From assembly GCA_963828465.1 (NCBI GenBank), contig CAWHEU010000022.1:192001-256000 (forward strand): a DNA stretch of 64,000 nucleotides, written 5' to 3'. Positions 29,279-38,656 of this stretch are shown in pieces. The first letter of the stretch is position 1. Every line of letters starts with the position of its first letter. The notes below the pieces were generated by a model. That model saw nothing but the letters and a program-made list of their open reading frames with translations, had not been told where the DNA came from and did no database searches. Position numbers and translations under genes: made by a program. The DNA comes from an uncultured Acidobacteriota bacterium (lineage in GTDB: Bacteria; Actinomycetota; Acidimicrobiia; Spongiisociales; ZC4RG35).

Positions 29279-29764
29279 TCACTCGCTCAGATCCCCCCAG
29301 ACGGGCTTGGCGAGACGGTCGAGATCGGTGAGCGAGATTGGGAAGACGGTGGTCGGCGTGCCGGCGGCCGCCCACACCGGGTCGTTGCGGCGGAGTTGAT
29401 TGTCGGCGAATACTCGGAGCGGGGTGACATGGCCGAACGGTGGTGTCCCACCCGCGGCGTAGCCGGTCGCAGCGCGGGCCTCGTCGAGTGTTGCTCGTCT
29501 CGAGCCGGTTACGCCGGCCGCATCCGCCAGCTTCACCGTGTCCAGTCGCAGGTCACCGGGAATCAGGGCCGCCACCGGCTCCTCGGAGGCATCGGGACTG
29601 ATCAGGACGAACACCAGGGACTTGACGATGGCCGAGACTGGGCACCCGATGGCTCTCGCCGCATCCTCCGCGGTCTTCGTACCCTCCGGGAAGACCCGGG
29701 TCTCCATCTCGAAATCGGCGATCGAAGCGGCGAGGCGCCGGCTCGCCTCGGGGAGGTCGCTCAA
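29279..29764 (-). CDS. YbaK/EbsC aminoacyl-tRNA editing family protein
   Basis: TKTAEDAA.AIGC..IVKSLVF, ATGYAAGGTPPFGH, VWAAAGTP. Confidence 0.9.
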   Translation of the reverse strand: MSDLPEASRRLAASIADFEMETRVFPEGTKTAEDAARAIGCPVSAIVKSLVFVLISPDASEEPVAALIPGDLRLDTVKLADAAGVTGSRRATLDEARAATGYAAGGTPPFGHVTPLRVFADNQLRRNDPVWAAAGTPTTVFPISLTDLDRLAKPVWGDLSE

Positions 29765-30669
29765 TCTCGCACCAGCTCGATCATGCGCGCCAGACCGTCG
29801 TAGTCGGTGAGATCCAGCCACTGGAGGTACAGCCGCTCGACACCGGCCTCCTCGAGTGCTGCGATCTTCTCCCTCAACTGAGGCGGGGTGCCGAACAGCA
29901 CTCCCGACTTCTCCCAACGAGAGGTCAACTCATCGTGCGTGATGTTGCGGCGCCCCGCCGCCGCTGAGAGCAGGTCGGCCAGGTCGGCGTCGGTGCCCGC
30001 CGCAGTCACTGCCCCCATCATGGTGACCTCGACCCTTCTTTCACCGGCGGCCTCACGCATCACCTGGATCTTCTCCCTCGCCTCGTCGACCGGGCACATG
30101 AAGACGTTGTACTCGTCGGCCCTTGTCCCGGCCAAGGTGGGAGTGCGTCGGGGACCGCCACCACCGATGATCAGACGGATCCCTGTTGGCTTCGGACGCA
30201 TATCGAAATCGAGGCTGTAGAACCGGCCGTCATGCCTGCCTTGCCCGTCGCCAAACGCTGCCTCCAGATAGTCGAGGGCGTCTTCGAAGCGGGCCCACCG
30301 CTCCGCGTCCTCGGGGAAGGGGATCCCCAGGGCGTCGTGTTCGAAGTCGTTCCAGCCGGTGCCGACGCCGAGATCGAATCGGCCGCCCGACATCTGATCG
30401 ATGGTCGCCGCATTCTTGGCGATGATGGCCGGGTGGCGGAACGTGATCGGCGTCACCAGCACGGCAAGCCGCACCGTTGCGGTGTCCCGGGCGAGACCAC
30501 CCATGGTGGCGAAGGCGTCGGTCGCGTCCGGAGCCGGCTCCCGCTCCCAGGCGAGATGATCGGACCGTGCGAAGGAGTAGAGGCCCTCGGATTCGGCGAG
30601 GCGCGCCACCCGCAACAACTCGTCGTATGTGCCACCCATCTGGGGCTCGGTCATGATGGAGAAGAGCAC
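29761..30669 (-). CDS. LLM-class (probably F420-dependent) oxidoreductase
   Basis: RSDH, LVTPITFRHP, DQMSGGRFDLGVGTGW. Confidence 0.9.
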   Translation of the reverse strand: MLFSIMTEPQMGGTYDELLRVARLAESEGLYSFARSDHLAWEREPAPDATDAFATMGGLARDTATVRLAVLVTPITFRHPAIIAKNAATIDQMSGGRFDLGVGTGWNDFEHDALGIPFPEDAERWARFEDALDYLEAAFGDGQGRHDGRFYSLDFDMRPKPTGIRLIIGGGGPRRTPTLAGTRADEYNVFMCPVDEAREKIQVMREAAGERRVEVTMMGAVTAAGTDADLADLLSAAAGRRNITHDELTSRWEKSGVLFGTPPQLREKIAALEEAGVERLYLQWLDLTDYDGLARMIELVRD

Positions 30670-30671
30670 CG

Positions 30672-31697
30672 CTAATCCTCGACCTCGATGGTGAATCCCT
30701 CCTTGGCCAGGGCCGCCTTCAGGGTCTCCGCCTCCCCGGGCCGGACCGAGAGGCTGAGGACGCCGCCACCACCGTGGACGGCGTGTCTGAGCTGGAGGTC
30801 CCGCACATCGACCTTGCTGGTCTGAAGAGCGTGGCCGACGGCTGCGATCTCACCCGGTCGGTCCTGCAGGACCACCTGGACCATCGCCACAGGTGGAGCC
30901 ATGGCTCCGCGTCGCGCTCGGGCATCCTCCAGCTGCTCGGCCAGACCATCCATGTCGCCGGAGACGACCCGCGACCTGAGGTCCTCGAGGCTGGCCACGA
31001 GGTCGTCGATGGCCGACGTCACCGATTCGGAGTTCGAGGTGAGGACCTCCGGCCACCACGACGATTCGGCCGATGCCACCCGGGTCAGGTCGCGAAAGCT
31101 GCCCGACACCAGATCGACGGCATCGGGCTTGCGCGAGATCGTGTTGACCAGGGTCACCGCCAGCAGATAAGGGAGGTGTGAGACCGAGGCGACAACCTCG
31201 TCGTGCCGTCGCGCCGACATCACGATCGGATTGGCTCCGGTAGATCCCACGATCGTGGTCATCCGTTCGACGTCCTCATCTGAAGCGCCGTCGTCACAGA
31301 TCACCCACGGTGCGCCGCGGAACAGAGCGGCGGACGCCGCCTCGGGCCCGGCATGCTCGCGTCCCGCCATGGGATGACCTCCTACGAAACGGACCCCGTT
31401 GCGGGCAGCACCCAGCATGGGCACCTTGATGCTGGTGACATCGGTGACCAGCGCTCCCGTCTCGAGGAGGGCCAGGGTCTCGAGGTTGGCGTGGAGTGGT
31501 CCGGCGAGGACGACCAGGTCGGCTCCGTCGACGGCGTCGGCGACCGAGTCTGCGATGTCCGTGGCGTGCCTCGCCGCCGACAGCTCCAGGGCCACCGGCG
31601 AGGGATCCCAGCCGACCGATCCCCAACCCTGCTCCCGGAGGGCGAGGCCGACCGATGCACCGATGAGCCCGGTCCCGAGGATGGCGACGTTGGGCAC
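30672..31697 (-). CDS. tyrA: Prephenate dehydrogenase with ACT domain
   Basis: GTGLIGAS, TDVTSIK, GGHPMAGRE, HD..VA.VSHLP, GSFRDLTRVA, DRPGE. Confidence 0.93.
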   Translation of the reverse strand: MPNVAILGTGLIGASVGLALREQGWGSVGWDPSPVALELSAARHATDIADSVADAVDGADLVVLAGPLHANLETLALLETGALVTDVTSIKVPMLGAARNGVRFVGGHPMAGREHAGPEAASAALFRGAPWVICDDGASDEDVERMTTIVGSTGANPIVMSARRHDEVVASVSHLPYLLAVTLVNTISRKPDAVDLVSGSFRDLTRVASAESSWWPEVLTSNSESVTSAIDDLVASLEDLRSRVVSGDMDGLAEQLEDARARRGAMAPPVAMVQVVLQDRPGEIAAVGHALQTSKVDVRDLQLRHAVHGGGGVLSLSVRPGEAETLKAALAKEGFTIEVED

Positions 31698-31699
31698 GA

Positions 31700-32614
31700 T
31701 CAGGGCCTGTAGGCGTCGAGGATGATGTCGAAATCCTCAGGATTTCGAAGGAACATTTGGGGGTAGAAGCGCTGGCAGCCGGCCTCCTCGAGGGCGCCCA
31801 GCATCTCGGCCGCCTTCGAGCCCGAGCCGTGGGGGTAGCCCCGCTCCTCGTAGACCTGCTCGATGTGCTTCGGCGTCGACCTCGTCCGCTCGGCGAGCAT
31901 CGCCAGCAGCCGCCGATAGTCGGATTCCTTCCGGGCGGCCACCGCAGGACACGCCGTCGAGAACAAGATCGACCCGGGATCACGGCCCGCCTCGGCTGCC
32001 GTCTTCTCGGCCAGGTCCCGTCTGCCGGCGTATTGCTCTGGCGTGCAGGCATAGATGTTGAACTCGTCGGCATACCGCCCGGCCAGGGTCGGCGTCATTT
32101 TGCTCCCACCTCCTCCGACGAGAAGCCTCAGGTTTTGGGGACGAGGCTGCGGGTCGAACGGAGACAGCTGATAGTGCTCACCGTCGAAGCCTCCAGTGTC
32201 CGGGAAGAGAGCGGCTGTGAGGTAGGCCAGGCACTCGTCGAGCAGCTCGAAGCGGGTGCCTCGGTCCGGGTAGGGGAGTCCGAACAGTGTGAACTCCTCG
32301 TCGAGCCATCCTGTCCCGATACCCATGGTGAAACGGCCCGCCGAGACTTCATCGAGCGTCACGCCCATCTTGTAATAGACCGCAGGATGACGGAACGTGA
32401 CGGGGGAGAGGAGTGAGACCAGTTCGATCTTGGTGGTCTCCCGGGCCAGAGCTGCCAGGTGGACCAGGTGGTCGTAGGCGGGCCGCTCGGTCTCGTCGCC
32501 CCGCTCCAGGTAGTGATCGGGCAAAGCGATGGCGACGAGCCCACGATCCTCCGCCCAGCGCGCCGCATCCAGGATCAGCTCCCAGTCGCCACGGGTCTGA
32601 ACGGCGAGGTCCAT
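31700..32614 (-). CDS. LLM-class oxidoreductase
   Basis: PDHY, SPVTFRHP, DEVSAGRF.MGIGTGW. Confidence 0.9.
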   Translation of the reverse strand: MDLAVQTRGDWELILDAARWAEDRGLVAIALPDHYLERGDETERPAYDHLVHLAALARETTKIELVSLLSPVTFRHPAVYYKMGVTLDEVSAGRFTMGIGTGWLDEEFTLFGLPYPDRGTRFELLDECLAYLTAALFPDTGGFDGEHYQLSPFDPQPRPQNLRLLVGGGGSKMTPTLAGRYADEFNIYACTPEQYAGRRDLAEKTAAEAGRDPGSILFSTACPAVAARKESDYRRLLAMLAERTRSTPKHIEQVYEERGYPHGSGSKAAEMLGALEEAGCQRFYPQMFLRNPEDFDIILDAYRP

Positions 32615-32643
32615 CTTCTGAGCCTATCGACGCCGCCCGCAGG

Positions 32644-33204
32644 TCAGGAAACCGCTGCCGCGTCCTCGAGCAGCGCCCTCGCATGCCAGGCGACGTCGAA
32701 GTCCGGGTCGATGATCCGATGGAGAGCGATGCCATTGAGGGCCAGGACCAGCGTCTCGGAGCGTCTTTCGGCCAAGGTCTCGGAGAGTTCGGGGCTCTGA
32801 CGTTTCATGGCTGCGGCGAAGCGGGCGACTCGTGCCTCGTGGTGACGCACCATCCGGCCGCTCAACTCGGGGTTGGACCCGGCTCCGGAGACGCCGATTC
32901 GGATGTAGACCCGGGAAAGGTCCGGCGATTCCTCGAGAAAGCGAACGTAGGCACCGACCAATTCGTCCAGTGTGTCGGTGCCCTGATGCGCGGGATCAGG
33001 GTCGACGGCGTCGATTGCCTCGCGGACGACTGTGACGATGGCCTGTTCCTTCGAGGCGAAGAGGTTGTAGAAAGAGCCGGGGAGGACTCCGGCCTGTTCA
33101 CAGATGGCCTTGATCGTGGTTCCGTCCAGTCCGTTCTCGGCAACCAGCGATCGGGTCGCGTCGAGGATCCTCTCCCGCGTCTCCAACCCTGCCTTGTATC
33201 GCAT
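32644..33204 (-). CDS. TetR/AcrR transcriptional regulator
   Basis: TRERILDA..GLDGTTIKAI..AGV..GSFYNLFASKE. Confidence 0.92.
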   Translation of the reverse strand: MRYKAGLETRERILDATRSLVAENGLDGTTIKAICEQAGVLPGSFYNLFASKEQAIVTVVREAIDAVDPDPAHQGTDTLDELVGAYVRFLEESPDLSRVYIRIGVSGAGSNPELSGRMVRHHEARVARFAAAMKRQSPELSETLAERRSETLVLALNGIALHRIIDPDFDVAWHARALLEDAAAVS

Positions 33205-33277
33205 CCGGAAACGGTAGACCGCTGACCCAGCATGCGACCACCTTGTTCTTCGACCGTCGGGCAGGCATGCTCGGGAC

Positions 33278-33583
33278 ATGGCCGTCTCCGAGGCCCGTCG
33301 CCGCGATCTCTACAATGTGCTGGACGAACTGCTCGGCACCGAGCGGGCGGACACCCTCATGGCCTATCTACCGGCATACGAGACGATCGAGGCAGCTACC
33401 AAGGACGACATCCGGCGGCTCGAAGACCGTCTGGACCATCTCGAGCAGCGATTCGACCAGTTCGAAGGGCGCCTCGATGGAGGCCTGAATTCGGTGAATC
33501 AGAGACTCGACCGCTTCTTCATCACCCAATCGGCGGGGCTGATCGCCATGGTCGGGACCCTCGTCGCCGCTCTTCTCCTCTGA
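33278..33583 (+). CDS. Small coiled-coil protein with C-terminal TM (DUF1640-like)
   Basis: ATKDDI followed by heptad RLE/RFD repeats and hydrophobic tail. Confidence 0.7.
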   Translation: MAVSEARRRDLYNVLDELLGTERADTLMAYLPAYETIEAATKDDIRRLEDRLDHLEQRFDQFEGRLDGGLNSVNQRLDRFFITQSAGLIAMVGTLVAALLL

Positions 33584-33614
33584 CCGAGGCTGCCTGGGGG
33601 AACTTGCCCCTTTA

Positions 33615-33650
33615 TTTGAGCGTTGATTCAAATTAGAGTCATCACTCAAA
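33615..33650. promoter_or_regulatory. Inverted-repeat operator upstream of acyl-CoA dehydrogenase (likely TetR site)
   Basis: TTTGAGCGTTGATTC-N6-GAGTCATCACTCAAA, 12/15 complementary. Confidence 0.6.
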
Positions 33651-33665
33651 GATCAGGAAGGGGAA

Positions 33666-35462
33666 ATGGCGAGCCACTACAGGTCGAATCTCCGGGACCT
33701 CGAATTCAATCTCTTCGAGGTCAACCGGATACAGGACTATCTGGGCAGCGGGCCATGGCCCGACATCGACGAGGCGACGGCACGTGACATCCTTGTCGAG
33801 ATCGAACGACTCGCCCGGGAGGATTTCGCCGCCTCGTACGTAGACCAGGACCGTATCCCGCTCGTACTCGAGAACGGCGAGGTGCACCTGCCGGATTCGG
33901 TCAAGGCCGGAGTACGTGCCTACAAGGAGGGCGGCTGGGATCGTTTTGCCGTCCCCGCCGACATGGGCGGCATGCCCGTCCCACCAAGTCTCGCCTGGGC
34001 CACCCAAGAGATGCAGCTCGCCGCCAACACGACCGTGTCCTGGTACTCCGGTGGAGCCATATTCGCCACCGTTCTCTTCGAGGAGGGCAACGACGAGCAA
34101 AAGGATCTCGCGCGTCTCTGGCTCGACAAGCAGTGGTCCGGGTCGATGATCCTCACCGAGCCGGACGCCGGATCGGACGTGGGCTCGGCCTCCACCAAAG
34201 CCATCGAGATGGGCGATGGCACCTGGCACATCGAGGGTGTGAAGAGGTTCATCACCGGCGGGGAACACGATGCTTCCGAAAACATCATCCATCTCGTCCT
34301 CGCCCGCCCCGAGGGATCGCTGCCCGGGACGAAGGGCCTTTCTCTTTTCGTGGTGCCGAAGTTTCTGGTCAACGAGGACGGATCGCTCGGTCCCCGCAAT
34401 GGCGTCGTCGCCACCAACATCGAGAAGAAGATGGGTCTGAAGGGGTCGACCACATGCGAGATGACCTTCGGAGCCGACGAGCCGGCGATCGGATGGCTCG
34501 TCGGCGACAAGCACGATGGGATCAGGCAGATGTTCCGTGTTATCGAGGGTGCCCGGATGATGATTGGCGCCAAGTCGATGGGGACGCTGAGCACCGGCTA
34601 TCTCAATGCCCTGGAGTACGCCAAGGAGCGCCGCCAGGGCGCGGACCTGACCCTCGCTACCGACAAGACATCGCCACGGGTCCCGATCATCGATCATCCC
34701 GACGTGCGACGCATGCTGATGAACCTGAAGGCTTACTCCGAGGGCCTGCGCGCACTGGTCATGTACACGGCGTGGGTCCAGGATCAGGCTCGATTGCACC
34801 CCGACGACGACCACTGGGAGCGCCGGTCCGACTTGCTGCTTCCGCTGGTCAAGGGCTACTCATCGGAGAAGGCCTACGAGCAGCTCGCCGACGCCCTCCA
34901 GGTGTTCGGCGGCTCCGGGTTCACCCAGGACTACCCCTTGGAGCAATACATCCGGGACACCAAGATCGACACGATCTACGAGGGGACCACCGGAATCCAG
35001 TCACTCGATTTCTTCTTCCGCAAGATCGCCCGGGATCAAGGCTCCACGATTGCCGCCCTTGCCGCCGAGATCACCGAGTTCGTCAAGGGCGGGGCCGATG
35101 GCGATCCGTTCGCGGCCGAGCGGGAACGTCTCGGCACGATGCTCGACGACCTACAGGGTCATCTTGGGGCGATGGTCGAGCACCTGATGGCGTCGCTCGC
35201 CGGCAGGTCGGACGAGATCTACAAGGTGGGTCTGCACACCAATGCGCTGCTTGCCTCGACGGCCGAGCTGGTCATCGCCTGGCAATTGCTGCGCCATGCC
35301 GAGATCGCTTATCCCAAGGTCGAGGCCGATCCCTTCTACCGAGGCAAGGTCGCTTCGGCTCGATGGTTCCTCGATCTAGCGGCACCGGAGATCGCGGCAC
35401 GGCGCTCCGCTGCCGAGACCGAGGACGGGTCCGTGATGAGCCTTCCGGTGGAGGCCTTCTAA
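33666..35462 (+). CDS. Acyl-CoA dehydrogenase (FadE5-like)
   Basis: LTEPDAGSD, GVKRFITGGE, EKKMGLKGS.TC, IYEGTTGIQ. Confidence 0.95.
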   Translation: MASHYRSNLRDLEFNLFEVNRIQDYLGSGPWPDIDEATARDILVEIERLAREDFAASYVDQDRIPLVLENGEVHLPDSVKAGVRAYKEGGWDRFAVPADMGGMPVPPSLAWATQEMQLAANTTVSWYSGGAIFATVLFEEGNDEQKDLARLWLDKQWSGSMILTEPDAGSDVGSASTKAIEMGDGTWHIEGVKRFITGGEHDASENIIHLVLARPEGSLPGTKGLSLFVVPKFLVNEDGSLGPRNGVVATNIEKKMGLKGSTTCEMTFGADEPAIGWLVGDKHDGIRQMFRVIEGARMMIGAKSMGTLSTGYLNALEYAKERRQGADLTLATDKTSPRVPIIDHPDVRRMLMNLKAYSEGLRALVMYTAWVQDQARLHPDDDHWERRSDLLLPLVKGYSSEKAYEQLADALQVFGGSGFTQDYPLEQYIRDTKIDTIYEGTTGIQSLDFFFRKIARDQGSTIAALAAEITEFVKGGADGDPFAAERERLGTMLDDLQGHLGAMVEHLMASLAGRSDEIYKVGLHTNALLASTAELVIAWQLLRHAEIAYPKVEADPFYRGKVASARWFLDLAAPEIAARRSAAETEDGSVMSLPVEAF

Positions 35463-35487
35463 CCCGACCCGGGGTACCTTCCTCACC

Positions 35488-35934
35488 GTGTCAGCATCGG
35501 TGTTGGCCCTCGTGGCCCTTCTCGCAGGTGTATTTCTCGTGATCTTGGCACTCGTCGTCTGGCAGGAGGCGCGCCGACGACCCAGTTACGAGCCGCTGGA
35601 GTACGTCGTCGAGGATGCCGTGAAGCATGTCGAGGCCGGCCTCCAGTCAGAAGGCAACGACCGGCTGAGCCGGGCTGATGTTCGGAGGATCCTGGAATGG
35701 GAGGTGTTCTACCTCCAGGGCCTGGCTCAGGATGATCGGAAGAACCCGGTGGAGACGATCGCGGGCGGCCACGAGGCGTCGATCGAGTACATATCCGAGC
35801 AGATCGCCACCAAGCACGGTGTGTCCTACGCTCACGACGACGTTGAAGATGTCCTCCGTCTCGAAGCCGATTACCTGTATCACATTGGCGCCGTAGGCGA
35901 GATGGTCGACCCCGATGGAGGTGAGGACGAATGA
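35488..35934 (+). CDS. Hypothetical membrane-anchored protein
   Basis: N-terminal TM; overlaps next start. Confidence 0.7.
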   Translation: MSASVLALVALLAGVFLVILALVVWQEARRRPSYEPLEYVVEDAVKHVEAGLQSEGNDRLSRADVRRILEWEVFYLQGLAQDDRKNPVETIAGGHEASIEYISEQIATKHGVSYAHDDVEDVLRLEADYLYHIGAVGEMVDPDGGEDE

Positions 35935-36260
35935 TGGTGCGTTGCGGTGCCTGCCGGACTCAGTTCGAGGTCCCGGGACCAGGGCGTTTTGCCTGCCCAA
36001 ATTGCGGGTCCGTGAATGTGGTGCGCGACGCGGCGGGCGGCGCGCCGTCGGAGATGGGCGGGTATCCCACCGCCCCCGGTGCTGCCCCCGGTGCCGGCCC
36101 CGGCCAGCCGCCGCCACCTCCACCGCCCCCGGCGCCCCTTCCCCGCATCCAGTGCCCCGAATGCGACTTCACTTTCATCGTCGGTGACATCGTCGTCGCC
36201 ACCTGCCCCAATTGTGGGGCCGAGGTGAGGACCGGCGAAGGATCCTCGGAGGAGGAATGA
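35931..36260 (+). CDS. Double zinc-ribbon protein with polyproline linker
   Basis: CGAC/CPNC, P8 linker, CPEC/CPNC. Confidence 0.78.
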   Translation: MMVRCGACRTQFEVPGPGRFACPNCGSVNVVRDAAGGAPSEMGGYPTAPGAAPGAGPGQPPPPPPPPAPLPRIQCPECDFTFIVGDIVVATCPNCGAEVRTGEGSSEEE

Positions 36261-36306
36261 TCCCCCCTCCCTGCCTGCGGCAGTACTCCCCCCTGCGGGG
36301 GGAGAG
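36261..36306. repeat. REP-like palindromic element
   Basis: CCCCCCTCC-CTGCC.TGC.GGCAG-TACTCCCCCC.TGC.GGGGGGAG. Confidence 0.6.
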
Positions 36307-36528
36307 ATGAGCCGTCTCTCCCGTTTCGACTCCTACCGATTTGTCGGAGTCAGAGACACGATGCGGTTCTACGACTGCGACGACGAGGACCAGTTCGCCG
36401 AGCTCTCCCGTCGCGTCGACGAGGAGGGCCTGGTCGGGAGGGACATGGTTCAGGTTTTCGCTCCGGACACACCGGTGGAGGCAATGAACCGGGGATACCG
36501 GCCGTTCGCAGTCTCAGACCGGGTTTGA
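36307..36528 (+). CDS. Small hypothetical protein
   Basis: 73 aa, purine-rich RBS, FAPDT..EA.NRGY pattern. Confidence 0.65.
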   Translation: MSRLSRFDSYRFVGVRDTMRFYDCDDEDQFAELSRRVDEEGLVGRDMVQVFAPDTPVEAMNRGYRPFAVSDRV

Positions 36529-37122
36529 AGGAAGCTCGAAACCCTGCGCCACCAGTTCTCCGATCTTCTTCCCCCGACCGTGGAAGAAGTGGTCGCCGGG
36601 GGTGAGGAGCAGATCGATGGAAAGTCGTTCGGCGTAGGCCCGGATCCCCTCGACGTCCACCACCTGATCGCGTGTCCCCAACACGATCCGCTTTGGCCCT
36701 GGGGGCAGGTCATCGGGAAGACCCTCCGGCGATGGGGCGATCCCGGCATACGGGATCGGGTCTTGCTGACCTCCGAGCCAGCGCAGCGCAGTGCCCGCCC
36801 CGAAGGACCACCCGGAGAGATGGATGGCCAGCCCGGTCTCGTTGGCTGCTCTTACCGCCGAAGCGACATCGAGCACTTCGGCCTTACCGTGGTCATGTGT
36901 CCCGGTCGATGCACCGATCCCACGGAAGTTGAAACGCAACACCGAGAAGCCCCGTTCCATGAGTCTCGTGGTCACGGCGACCATCAACGGCGCCATCATC
37001 GTCCCGCCCTGTTGAGGATGGGGATGGCAGAACACCACCGCTCCAACCGGGCGCTCGGAGCGGTCCCAACGTGCTTCGAGCGTCTCTCCGTCCGTCGTGC
37101 TCAGCTGGATGCGATCGATCAT
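36514..37122 (-). CDS. Alpha/beta hydrolase
   Basis: CHPHPQQGGTM, LRFNFRGIGAS, GWSFG nucleophile elbow, DHFF. Confidence 0.9.
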   Translation of the reverse strand: MIDRIQLSTTDGETLEARWDRSERPVGAVVFCHPHPQQGGTMMAPLMVAVTTRLMERGFSVLRFNFRGIGASTGTHDHGKAEVLDVASAVRAANETGLAIHLSGWSFGAGTALRWLGGQQDPIPYAGIAPSPEGLPDDLPPGPKRIVLGTRDQVVDVEGIRAYAERLSIDLLLTPGDHFFHGRGKKIGELVAQGFELPSNPV

Positions 37123-37211
37123 GTGAAGGCCACCAGCAGCCAGATCGCGGCAGCCCCAACGATCACGAAGCCGAGAACAGCCGTCGCGATGAGGAGCCAA
37201 CGGGTCTGCAT
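37119..37211 (-). CDS. 30-aa single-TM small protein
   Basis: MQTRWLLIATAVLGFVIVGAAAIWLLVAFT; ATGA overlap with hydrolase start. Confidence 0.5.
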   Translation of the reverse strand: MQTRWLLIATAVLGFVIVGAAAIWLLVAFT

Positions 37212-37277
37212 GGGTTCAGGGAGGGTAACCACGGGTACAACTAGTCTCGGATCAGCAGTTCCACCGAAAGGCACAGG

Positions 37278-38645
37278 TTGCACGACATCGTCATAGTCGG
37301 CGGCGGGCCGGGCGGCTACGCCGCCGCCCTGTATGCAGAGAACTTCGGACTGTCGGTAGCACTCATCGACGAAGAGCGTCCGGGGGGCACCTGTCTCATC
37401 CGTGGCTGCATCCCCGCGAAGCAGTGGCTCTACATCGCCGAGGTGTTCTCCACCGTGTCCCACGCCGCCGAGTTCGGGGTCGTGACCGAGCAGCCCACGC
37501 TGGACTGGGAGGCGGCCCTTGCCCGCAAGACCCAGACCGTCGAAGGCCTTGTGCGCGGGCTGGGTGGGCTCTTGAAGAAAAAGGGGGTCGAAGTCATCAC
37601 CGGCTACGGACGTCTCGCCGGGCCGGGCAAGGTCGAGGTCGAAACTGAAGAAGGAAAGAACACGATCGAAGGCCGGGCAGTCATCCTCGCCAGCGGCTCT
37701 TACTCACGCACGATCCCCGGCTATGACTTCGATGGCGAAAAGATCGTCAGCTCCGACCATGCCCTCGATTGGCCACAGCGCCCGAATCGTGTCGCCATCG
37801 TCGGTGGGGGAGTGATCGGGTGCGAGTTCGCCTCGTTCCTCGTCGACGTTGGGACCGAGGTCCATGTCTTCGAGGTCATGGATCAGATCATCCCGGGCTC
37901 TGACGCCGAGGCGTCCAAGCAGCTCCAGCGCCAGTTGCAGAAGCGAGGCGTGAAGTTCCACATTGGTGTGGGTGTCGATGCCCCGAAGGTCGCCGAGACC
38001 GTCGTTGTGCCGTTCGGCGATGACAGCGTCGAGGTGGATGTCGTTCTGGTGTCGGTGGGTCGGGGGCCAAGGACCGACGACGTCGGTCTCGACACCGTGT
38101 CCGCAAAGCTGGATCGGGGCTTCGTCGAAGTGGACCTCAACACGATGCAGACGGCGCAGCCTGGGCTGTATGCGGTGGGTGACATCGTGGCGGGTACCCC
38201 ACAGCTGGCCCATGTGGGGTTCGCCGAGGGAATCGCCGCCGTCACCCATATCGGCACCGGTAAGGCCCGAGCGGTCAACTATCAGGCCATCCCCAGAGTC
38301 ACCTACACCCATCCTGAAGTGGCCGAAGTCGGTCTGACCGAGGCCCAAGCCGCCGAGCGAGGGTTGGAGGTGGTGTCGGCGAAGCACGCATTCAACGGCG
38401 TAGGCCGGGCGATCATCATCGGCGACAACCAGGGTTTCGCCAAGGTGATCTCGGAGAAGGACGGCCCCATCGTGGGGGCTGCCGTCGTCGGCCCGCAGGC
38501 AGGCGAGTTGATTCACGAACTCATGTATTCAGTGGGTTGGGAGGCGCTGCCTGATGAGGCGGCTGCCTTCATCCATGCCCACCCGAGCTTGTCAGAAGTG
38601 GTCGGCGAGACACTCATGTCCGCCGCCGGCCGAAGTCTTCACTGA
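37278..38645 (+). CDS. lpdA: Dihydrolipoamide dehydrogenase (E3)
   Basis: [34 protein letters not shown]. Confidence 0.95.
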   Translation: MHDIVIVGGGPGGYAAALYAENFGLSVALIDEERPGGTCLIRGCIPAKQWLYIAEVFSTVSHAAEFGVVTEQPTLDWEAALARKTQTVEGLVRGLGGLLKKKGVEVITGYGRLAGPGKVEVETEEGKNTIEGRAVILASGSYSRTIPGYDFDGEKIVSSDHALDWPQRPNRVAIVGGGVIGCEFASFLVDVGTEVHVFEVMDQIIPGSDAEASKQLQRQLQKRGVKFHIGVGVDAPKVAETVVVPFGDDSVEVDVVLVSVGRGPRTDDVGLDTVSAKLDRGFVEVDLNTMQTAQPGLYAVGDIVAGTPQLAHVGFAEGIAAVTHIGTGKARAVNYQAIPRVTYTHPEVAEVGLTEAQAAERGLEVVSAKHAFNGVGRAIIIGDNQGFAKVISEKDGPIVGAAVVGPQAGELIHELMYSVGWEALPDEAAAFIHAHPSLSEVVGETLMSAAGRSLH

Positions 38646-38656
38646 GAGGAGCGACC

